Of a stretch of 64,000 bases of DNA, positions 26,190-36,440 are shown piece after piece. The notes beneath the pieces are model-generated. The model did no database searches. It was not told the DNA's origin and saw nothing but the letters and a program-made list of their open reading frames with translations. Origin of the DNA: Mobula hypostoma (taxonomy: Eukaryota); the NCBI RefSeq assembly GCF_963921235.1, contig NC_086097.1, positions 202,742,001 through 202,806,000 on the forward strand. Direction: 5' to 3'. Position 1 is the first letter of the stretch; every line of letters begins with the position of its first letter. The position numbers were made by a program, and so were the translations under genes.

Positions 26190-29100
26190 GTGTCCCGCTG
26201 TAACCTCTGACAGCCCGCCACACTATCCAAACCACCCCCAACCTTTGTGTCATCAGTAAGTTTACTAACCCATCCCTCCACTTCCTCATCCAGGTCATAT
26301 ATAAAATTCACGAAGAGAAGGGATCCCAGAACAGATCCCTGAGGCACACCATTGGTCACCACCCTCCATGCAGAATATGATCCATCTACAACCACTCTTT
26401 GCCTTCTGTGGGCAAGCCAGTTCTGGATCAACAAAGCAATGTCCCCTTGGATCCTGTGCCCCTTACTTTCTCAATAAGCCTTGCATGGGGTACCTTGTCA
26501 AATGCCTTGCTAAATCCATTTACACTACATCTACTGCCCTACCTTCATCAGTGTGTTTAGTTACATCCTCAAAAAATTCAATCAGGCTCGTAAGGCAGAA
26601 CCTGCTTTTGACAAAGCCATGCTGACTATTCCTAATCATATTATACCTCTCCAAATGTTCATAAATCCTGCCTCTCACGATCTTTTCCATCAACTTACCA
26701 ACTACTAAAGTAAGACTTACTGGTCTATAATTTTCTGGGCTATTTCTGCTCCATTTTTTGAATTAGATAACAACGTCTGCAACCCTCCAATCTTCCGGAA
26801 CCTCCCCCGTCTCCATTGATGATGCAAAGATTATCGCCAGAGGTTCAGCGATCTCCTCCCTTTCCTCCCACAGTAGCCTGGGGTACATCTCGTCTGGTCC
26901 TGGTGACCTATCCAACTTGATGCTTTCCAAAAGGTCCAGCACATCCTCTTAATGTCTACATGCTCAAGCTTTTCAGTCCGCAGTAAGTCATCCCTGGAAT
27001 CGCCAAGATCCTTTTCCGTAGTGAATACTGAAGCAAAGTATTCATTAAGTACCTCAGCTATCTCCTCCGGTTCCATACACACTTTTCCACTGTCACACTT
27101 GACTGGTCTTGTTCTGTCACGACTTATCCTCTTGCTGTTCACATACTTGTAGAATGCCTTGGGGTTTTCTTTAATCCTGTTCGCCAAGGCCTTCTGGCTC
27201 TCCTAATTTCATTCTTAAGCTCCTTTCTGCTAGCCTTATAATCTTCTTGATCTCTATCATTACCTAGCTTTTTGAGCCTTTCATAAGCTTTTCTTCTTGA
27301 CTAGATTTTCAACAGCCTTTGTACACCACAGTTCCTGTACCCTACCATCCTTTCCCCGTCTCATTGGAACATACCTATGCAGAACGCCACACAAATATCC
27401 CCTGAACATTTGCTATATTTCTGCTGTACATTTCCCTGAGAACATCTGTTCCCAGTTTATGCTTCCAGGTTCCTGCCTGATAGTTTCATTTTTCCCCTTA
27501 CTCCAATTAAATGCTTTCCTAACTTATCTGTTCCTACCCCTCTCCAATGCTATGATAAAGGAGATAGAATTGTGATCACTATCTCCAAAATGCTCTCCCA
27601 CTGAGAGATCTGACACCTGACCAGGTTCATTTCCCAATACAGGTTTCCCCTGCCATCCGAAGATAGAGTGTTCATATGAAACAGTTCGTAAACCGGAATG
27701 TCATAAAGTGAAGAAGCAAAATATGGGGGCAGACCCATCAACTTTGCGTTCGCAGACCCAAAAAATAACCTACCAAATCATGCCAAATAACACATAAAAC
27801 CTAAAATAACAGTAACATATAGTAAAAACAGGAATGATATGATAAATACACAGCCTATATAAAGTAGAAATTCTTTTCTGCGATCATTGCTGCACTGTCC
27901 ACTGTAGCGAAAATCTCATGCAAGCGCTCTCGGCAGAAACACTGGGCGCAAGCACTCTCGGCAGAAACACTCTCTCCAGTAACCTGTAAGCTATGAAGCT
28001 GCTGAATCATACCAAATAACACATAAAAATACACAGCCTATATAAAGTAGAAATAATCTATGTACAGTGTAGTATCACTTACTGGAATCGGGAAGACAGC
28101 GAGCACACTGATGATGGTGTGTTAGGCTGAGTCGTCAGAGATTGCGGTGGTGGAACACTGGGGTGTCATCTCATTGTCGTCTGTTTCCATCAGGGCAGGC
28201 AGGTCATCTTCTATGTCTGCCTGCCTCGATGTCGAAGGTCGACGTTCGTCATCTGCTTTGGCTGATGTGGAAGGCTTGAAAAACGACAATATGCTTGACT
28301 GCTTAGCCTTGCACATTTTTCTATCATACAGTTTTTTGTAAGCACTCAAACTATCCTGCAAATATGCCCTAAACCTATGTACCCTTTCAAAATTAAAGTT
28401 GTACTGTTCTGCAATCATTGTTGTCAATTGCAGCGAAAATCACACACAGTTGCTTCACGTTCAGTTCCTGGACGAGTTCACTTTCTGCATTCGGTTTCGA
28501 TTGCTATCCTTTCCTCTTCCAATTGCATCAGCTGTTCATCTATCAGTTCTTGGTCATGGGATGCCAAAACCTCTTCAACATCATCTTCGTCAACTTCCAG
28601 AAGCCAAACTCACTTTGTCCTTACTTCGTTCACCATGATCAAAATGTTTAATTATGTCTAGTTTTACACTAAGTGTAACACCCTTACGAGCTCTTTTAGG
28701 CTTTTCCGATACCTTAGAACTCACCTTGCTAACGGATGCTCAAAATAAATCGACATAAAGCACAGATGCTCACAGGCACGTGTTTAAGCAATGCCGGCTG
28801 GAATGCAGTTCCGGGGGAGGAGCTTGGCTGTTCGGGGCACATGCTGCCTTTTTTCACACACCGCCTTTTTCCGTAACAGTGAAAACACCTTCTGTTAGCG
28901 AAAATAGGTAACTAATGTAGGTCTTTCGTAACAGCGAGGTGTCGGAAAGCAAACGTTCGAAAAGCGGGGGACACCTGTAACAGATCAAGTACAGCCTCTC
29001 TTCTTGTAGGCTTATCTACATATTGTGTCAGGAAGCCTTCCTGAACACACTTAACAAACTACCCCATCTAAACCCCTTGCTCTAGGGAGATGCCAGTCAA

Positions 29101-29690
29101 TATTTGGGAAATTAATGTCTCCCACCACGACAACCCTGTTATTATTACAGCTTTCCAGAGTCTCCTCAATGTCCCCATTACTATTGGGTGGTCTATAAAA
29201 AACACCCAGTGGAGTTATTGACCCCTTCCTGTTCCTAACTTCTACTCACAGAGACTCAGTAGACAATCCCTCCATGACCTCCTTCTTTTCTGCAGCCGTG
29301 GTACTATCTCTGATCAGCAGTGCCATGCCCCCACCTCTTTTGCCTCCCTCCCTGTCCTTTCTGAAACATCTAAAGCCTGGCACTCTAAGTAACCATTCTT
29401 GCCCCATTGTTGCCGAAGCCCGAATGAGCCGTAGCACTACCATCCTGCCTCAGATCAGTCCTTTGATGACCACTCTGCTTGGCAGTATCTCCCTTTTATG
29501 CCTGAACCTTCCCTACTATTCAACTCATGATTGGTGCTCCGGTTATAGCTGCTGATTGGCCACGTACAATGGGCTAACGGTCTCGAAGCTCCCTTTTTAA
29601 ATAACTGCCGCCGACTTGCGAGAAATTCCTATTGGTAAAGCTCTGTTGATGCCGCTGATTGGTCAAGTACATTGTTTGGACACGCTTGGA
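26190..29690 (-). mobile_element. CR1 LINE with 5' promoter region joined directly to ORF2; 3' end missing; interrupted by Tigger copy 3
   Basis: 26190-27360 is closely similar to 13870-15048. APE sequence runs to 29404. 29405-29690 resembles the CR1 5'UTRs at 36220-36440 and 54080-54158. Confidence 0.85.
27640..28977 (-). mobile_element. Tigger/pogo copy 3
   Basis: TA TSDs (27638-39, 28978-79) and TIRs. CR1 sequence is continuous across it. Confidence 0.92.
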
Positions 29691-29699
29691 AATTTGCAG

Positions 29700-30900
29700 G
29701 AAATTGCACTCCTCAATCTCAAGTACCTGGGGCTGACTTCTCTCCACGCTCATTGTTCACCTCTCGCACTGGTAACGTAAATTGCCTGTCCAGTTGTGGG
29801 CAAGGATAGATCAGTTATCGACACTGATGACTCCGTGTCCACTAACATATCACGTTGCTGGCCCCCTAATAAACCTCTTGTGTATACCCGAGGAAGACCA
29901 CCTCTTGCAATAGACACTGTCATCAACCCTTTGTCTGACTACACCAGCTCTATAATCTGGTCAGCAGTCAAGTCAGAAAGAGTGCTTTGCTGTGGGTTCT
30001 GCCTGCTTTGGTGAGTGATTCTCACACCTTCCTCTCTTTTCAATGCAAGGCGTCCAACCATGGCCTAAGAAGCCACAGCTGCAACAAATCATCTCCTTTA
30101 TTCAACCACGTCTATCTCAACAGTTCCTTGCTGGATGCCCCAATTGCTGGCACATAAAGCAAGTGCTCTGTCACATCATAGCAATAACATCCACTGCAGC
30201 TACTTTACAACTTTTCTTCCCCCTCCTCTGGTCTATCTCTCTGGCCCATGATACTATTGAGGGTTAGGTCGAATCCACCGCTGTCCTCAAATCTAAAACT
30301 ACCTGGTGAGCTGTGCTCAGGCCTTCCTTCAGCATTTTCAGGAAGACTATGTTATTCCTGCTTTGATTATCCAACCTTGAGTACTTCTCATATGCTTAAT
30401 ATTTATGTTCTGCATAATTCATGGCTGTCTCTGAAGCACTGACATTATTGTTCCCCAGTTACTCTCTCCCTCCCCCCCCCCATCCTACCTCACTTCCCCT
30501 TTAAAGAAGTGATCTCTCTCTTCATTGTTGTGGTTACCTGCACTTACTGGGCCATACTATCCCACATACTCCCCAGAACTACGCTTTTACGAACACATGT
30601 GAATCTTTGGGGTGCATCTGGTGAACTTCAATCATTTCCTTGAGCTTGTGCCAGAATTCTGCATTCCCACAGGTTAAGTGAGGACAGCTCTTACAAAATG
30701 CTCTGCTTCTAGGCGGGGTGAAGGACTTATGGATTGTTGTTATCAAGGTCAAGGGCTGGCCCGGGTTATTAGGGTTCTCGACCTGATGGTGCCTGACCTC
30801 AGTCACTGCCATCCCAGCGTAAATATCTGGGTAAAACCTCTCCGTCAAATATCTCCACACTAGTTCCAACACCGCACAAACTATAAACGATGAATAAAAA
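29700..30900 (-). pseudogene. gag (two CCHC zinc knuckles) and retropepsin protease remnant
   Basis: CFMCQQLGHPARNC (30161-30120) and CCSCGFLGHGWTPC (30086-30045) lie in the same frame. Protease-like PRVYTRGLLGGQQRDMLVDTESSVSIT, with VDTE at 29842-29831. Confidence 0.8.
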
Positions 30901-33386
30901 TTAAGCAATACATACTTAAAACCACAGAATATGTACTCGGTAATCTGCCACGTATGTGCAACTGAACATAATGCCTGTTATATTCCTTTCCATTTAAAAC
31001 CGTTACACCAAGGTTACAGGATTATTCCTGAGACACACAAACACACTTGCAAACGAGTTTGCTACTACACAGTTTCCCAAAGGAAGATGCAAACACTCCA
31101 TTGGCGTCCGGAATGGTCATTAACCATCCGTTGCCACTGGTAGCACTGTCTCAGCAAATCACACAATAATGTCTCGTTTCTTACATAACCAACAGGCACG
31201 CACACACGCCACACTACTTTTAAATCTACTAGCTCAGCTGCCCACCGTGTTCATGATACTTCGTGATTTGATCTACAATCCATATAGCTGTTGCTGTTGA
31301 AATTAATATTTGCAAAATTGCATCTCCAAAATATACCCCAACAGCACATATCAAGGATGCAAACAGTCCAGTGCTCTTCTCTTCATATACTCGTGACTGT
31401 GCGGCTAAGCATAGCTTAAGCACCATGTCTCGGTTGTTAGATGACACCACTGTTTTTAGTAAAATATTAGGTGGTGACAAGTAGGAATACAGGATTCAGG
31501 TAGATTGACTGGTCGTGTGGTGCCGCAACAACCTCGCAGTTAATGTCAGCAAGGCCAAGGAATAGTTTGGATTTGAAGAAGGGGAAGTGGAGAGAACACA
31601 CACTGGTCCTCATTGAGGGGTCAGCAGTGCAAGGAGTGTCAAAATCTTGGAGGAGTTGTTCTGGGCCCAGCACAGTGATGTAACCATGGAAAAGGTACAT
31701 CAGCCGCTCTACTTTGTTGGGAATTTGAAAAAACTTGGTATATCACCGAAGATTACAAATTTCTGCAGATATATGGTGAAGAGCATTCTGTCTGTTCCAG
31801 AGGCTGCAATGCACAGGATTGCAAGAGGCTGTTAAAGAGGCTTAGAAACTCAGCCAGCTCCATGATGGGTACAATCCTTCCTACCATCGAGAACATCCTC
31901 GAGAAGGCAGCATCCTTCATTAAGGACCCTCAATGACTTGCCTTCTTCTCATTACTACCAGCAGGGAAGAGGCGTGAAAGGCTGAAGACCTGCATTCAGT
32001 GATTCAGGAACACGTCTTCCCCTCAATCATCAGATTTCTGAATGGCCAATGAACACTACCCCATTATTCCTTTTGTGGCACTATTTATTTATTTTGTAAC
32101 CTATAGTAATATTTATGTTGTTACACTGCACTGCTGCAAAAAAAACAAATTTTTTGTCTTGTATGACTGATAATAAACCAGGTTCTGATAAATGGAAGGA
32201 TAAATAAAACAATTTAATTGGAGCGTGAATATAAAATATCTGTCATTAATCAGTGTTGTTAAAATATTATTCCAAAACAGAAATAATTTTAAGGAAGGTA
32301 AATTGTACTACATTACAGACACAGATACTGGTTAAAATTGTTAGCTTGATGGTGACGGATCACTATTAGATTTTGTCTGACAGTAAGCCAGGGTACTTTG
32401 ACTGAAGAGTGCAAGTGCTGTAGACTGGAATTTCCAGATGCAAGTGACTGCCAATTTTGGAATGTACTGCTGACGTCAGTTGTTACTCCAGGGAATGCTT
32501 GCATTCCGATTCCTGGCAATGATCAGGTGGCTTACAGGAAAAAGTCATTGGGGGGGTGGTGCGTGGGGATCCTATTTACAGTTTTATTTTAAGTTAGCCA
32601 AGCTGCAGTGGTTATCAGATTTAGCAGTAAATACATGTCGTTAATTTGATTATCTTTAATTTTTAATAGTATTTTGTTAAGACCACATATCTGAACAGTA
32701 CTTTTTGTTGTTTATACGGGTTAAAAGTTAAAATTGCTTGCTATTATTTGGAGCATGCGCTATTGTATTGCAGCCAACAGAATTCATCGTCTCGTCAATG
32801 AGGCTGTTTTTTTGGAGTTAACTTCCAGTAAAAGTGGGTTGAGTGGGTGGAATCTGTTTTAAAAACATCCCAAGGAGGATTTTGTTTCCTTTCAGTGACC
32901 TTAATCTTTGGTTTAACGAAGCATTTTTAACATTTTTTACTTTAGAATTATTAAGTTGTTCAGGAAGCAAATAAATTTAATTAACATCAGATGTAGCTAT
33001 TAAAATGATTAATTTGCATAGAGTAATTTCAGCTCATTCAATTTCTTATGGTCTTTGCCTCTCAAGAGCTTGCAAGTAATGTGGCACAATCAGAACCATG
33101 AATTTAAAAATAAAGTTGCACTTGCAGTATTTAATATTTTGATATATAATATTCTAGAAAGATGAAAAACAATGCTTAAAACTATTATCTATTGGGCATA
33201 CTATGACTATTGTCGTTTCTGACCACAGGGTAGAGAATTCTAGCATAAAGATCCAGTGATGCAGCATTTGTGATCTATTTCCAAATCACTATGTTGTCAA
33301 ATTTGATGGGAGGCATGGAAAGTGTGGTGTTCCCATGCACCTGAAGCCATTTCCTTCTACGTAATAGAATTTGTAGGTTTAAAAGG

Positions 33387-33556
33387 AGACACCAGAGGCT
33401 GCAGATGCTGGAAACCTGGAGCAACATACACAAAATGCTGGAGGATTTTGCAGGTCAGTCCTGATGATGGGTCTCAGCCTGAAATGTTGACTCTTCATTT
33501 CCCTCCATAATTGCTTCCTGACATGCTGACTTCCTCCAGCATTTTGTTTGTGTTGC
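33387..33556. mobile_element. Mini Penelope insertion (inverted pLTR halves) with a decayed hammerhead at 33457-33492
   Basis: Degenerate 15-bp TSD tgtaggtttaaaagg / tgtagattagaaagg. Inverted arms gcaacatacacaaaatgctggagg / cctccagcattttgtttgtgttgc. Confidence 0.75.
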
Positions 33557-33980
33557 TGTAGATTAGAAAGGTGTTGCTTTGAAATCCTAGATGAAAAAAT
33601 GCAGTGCATTTTGTGGGTGGTGCATGCTGCACTGACAATGTACCAGTGGTGGGTAGATAAAGAGTACGTGAGCGGTGACATTCAAGTGGGCTGCCTTTTC
33701 CTGCAAGGTCCTGAATCTCTTGGCTAGAGCTGCACTCATCCAGGCAAGGATCATACTTCTGAAACTCACTGGAAATATTTTGGGCTTTAGGAGGCAAATC
33801 TGCAGCAGTCAATGTAATGAAGAGAGACTCAGTAATGGTATTGAATGCCAAAGGTAGGTGCTTGAGTTCTCTGTTGTCCGAGATGGTCATTGGATAATGA
33901 CAAATAGTCTGAATCTGAGGCCTCTATTGGTCAGAGTTGACCATGGATATTGTGTCCTTGCTGTCTAAATACACAAGCAT

Positions 33981-34500
33981 GGGCAGTACGATATGGAGAG
34001 CAAGCTGTTGCCCAAGTAGCAAGCTTCCCCTCTCCACGCATCAGATGAACCCAAAGGAACGAGAAAGGACACTACAGTTTGGTATCAGCAGCATTGCAGG
34101 AGCTGCTAGTCAACATTGAACTCAATGTAGGACTGCCTTAGGGACCCCAGCTTTGGATTTTTCCCTAGGGGTTTACTCTCAAAGCCTTCCCTTTCACGGA
34201 GTGATTATAGCCGCAAGGTAGCGGGGGTTTGAGATCAGAATTTTCCTTCTCATAGATGAGCTGGCAACCACAGCTAACGAGCCCCATCTGTCAAAAGCTA
34301 CTGGTTTTAAGGTACTAGTAATGCACCTTTGCCCTTTCTGTCAGTAGAAATGGTTCCACAGGGATTAGTAGCTAAGCCACACATGAAGCCAAGCAGCTGG
34401 GCTTGGTTGTCAGAGGCTATCTGAGGGGCACGCCATTGGGTGTATTCACAAGCCATTGGCTTGTCTCCATTACTACACCCGGCTATAACAAACTTAAGGA
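33981..34500 (-). repeat. ~0.5-kb interspersed repeat, probably a non-autonomous derivative of an RTE LINE 5' region
   Basis: Second copy at ~49097-49455 shares gagatcaga.ttttccttctc, agccacacatgaa and ggttgtcagaggcta. The RTE assignment is from recognition only. Confidence 0.55.
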
Positions 34501-35259
34501 ACCATATTGTTATTTGTCATTTATCAATTCATGTCTGAATGTTCTCTAGGTCTTGCTGCATGCAGACAGTGGTTGGCTTCATTTGTTAAGGAGTTGCAAA
34601 GAGCTTTGAACTTGGCACAATCATCAGTGAACATCTCAATTTCTGAACTTCTGATGGAAGGAATGTCTTTCATTAAGCGGACAAAAGTGTTTAGGTCAAG
34701 AATATGACCCTGAATAATTTGAGCATTGGATGATTAGCCATTATCAATCACTGTCATTTTCCTTTGTTTGACGCATGACTCCTGTCATTAAAGTGTTTTC
34801 TCCTAGGGCCCCATTAATTAGTTTTACCTTCACATTCATGTCTTCTCTGGAATTCAGATCTTTGGTTGATGTGTGGAACAAGCTGGGCTGAAATTTAGAG
34901 CTGGTTGGATCTTGCAAATCTCAAACTGGACATTGGTAAAGAAGGTATTAGAGAATAAGTGCTGATGGAAGTACTTTCAATGACATTTTCCATCATGTTG
35001 CTGATGCTAAAGGGTAGATTAATTGGTCAGATGTTAGCTAAATTGGTTTCTTTGTCCTTCTGGTGTATACTTGAATTTTACACATAAAACAGAAAAAAAC
35101 GAGATGCTGGAGGAGCTCAGTGAATCAGGCAGCACTTAAGGATGTTAGACAATCAGCATTTTGTGCTGAGACTCTTCATTTGGACTGCAACCCATTTTTC
35201 TTCCTGGATGCTGCTTACATATTAAATATCAATTGTACCACAAACGTGCCAGGCAATGA

Positions 35260-36440
35260 CCATCTCCAACAACAGAGAATTCAACCACCTTCCCTGGAGG
35301 CAAACAACAGGAATTCTGCAGATGCTGGAAATTCAAGCAACACACATCAAAGTTACTGGTGAATGCAGCAGGCCAGGCAGCATCTCTAGGAAGAGGTGTC
35401 TCGGCCTGAAATGTCGACTGTACCTCTTCCTAGAGATGCTGCCTGGCCTGCTGCGTTCACCAGCAACTTGGATGTCTGTTGCTTTACCTTCCCTGGAGGT
35501 CCTGCTTTTCAGCTTTCTACCTGGCTCCCTCAATTCTCTCTTCAGGACCCCCTCGCCTTTCCTAACTACGTCATTGGTGCCAGTATGTACCAAGACTTCT
35601 GGCTGCTTACCCTCCCCTTTTAGAATGTCCTGATCGAGACACCCCTGACCCTGACATCTGGGAGGCAACAAGCCATCCAGGTGTCTCTATCGCATCCATA
35701 GAATCTCTGTTCCTCTAACTATGGTATTTCCTGTCGGCACTTAGCCCTCTTAACCTCTCTTTTCTTCAGAGCTGCAGCGCCAGACTCAGTGCGAGACCCC
35801 CCTGGTAGCTGATAGCCTCAATAGTATTCAAAGCGGTAAGCTTTTTATTGAGGGGAACAGCACAGGAGTACTCTGTACTGGCTGCCCATTTCTCTTTCTT
35901 CTGCCAGTCACTCAGTTACCTTTCTACTGCAACCTAGAGGTGGCTACCTTCCTAGAGCTCCTATCTATCACTTCCTCAGTATCCCATATGAGCCAGAGAT
36001 CATTGAGTTGCAGCTCCAGTCCCTTAACACATTCTCTGAGGAGCTGCAGCTTGGTGCACCTGGTGCAGATGTGGTTTCCGGGAGGCTGGAGCTCTCCCAG
36101 AATTCCCATATCTCACATAAAGAACACAACACAGCCACTGGAGCCATTGTCACTGCACTAACTGTGCCCTAACAGACAAGGCATGAAGAATAAAGAAGAA
36201 GAAACTTACCAGATACTTATCTCGCCAAAGCTTGATCAATCACAGCCACTCTAACACTGGCCCCCTCACACATTGCCCCTACCTTATTTTTATTCATCCT
36301 TTCCAATGAGCCCCATTCACTGATTGGGTACCGTCCAAACTCTGAAAACTGCTGTAAAGCGCTGCTTTTTAGTCAGCTGTGGACCTCTGTGAAATCATCA
36401 CTTCTCGCACTTTTGTTCCCTGATTGGTCGCAGTCTTCTT
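35260..36440 (-). mobile_element. CR1 5' portion (promoter, 5'UTR, ORF1 zinc finger and esterase)
   Basis: CSLCEIWE..HICTRC, VLVHTGTND. Homologous to 53300-54158. Confidence 0.85.
35301..35485. mobile_element. Mini Penelope hairpin insertion (185 bp)
   Basis: Perfect 14-bp TSD accttccctggagg (35287-35300, 35486-35499). ~60-bp inverted arms made of pLTR sequence. Confidence 0.9.

Larger units (their letters stand above)
25904..31343 (-). mobile_element. Decayed LTR retroelement (ERV or Gypsy-like), internally deleted, with nested CR1 and Tigger
   Basis: TGTTG..CAACA termini, 5-bp TSD gcaca (25899-25903, 31344-31348), TATATAAA on the minus strand at ~26033-26040, and gag/pro remnants at ~29700-30900. 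Confidence 0.8.
25630..32190 (+). mobile_element. Rex1/Babar LINE (25630-25903 plus 31344-32190) interrupted by the LTR element
   Basis: RT sequence is continuous across the insertion (LTINIG | ..QGC..YTRDC..DDTT). Tail aataaaccaggttctgat. Confidence 0.8.

Noticed and set aside
30990..31020. Papillomavirus E2-like ACC..GGT site suggesting viral DNA
   Set aside because: The spacing is not ACCN6GGT, and the region is explained by the LTR element leader.
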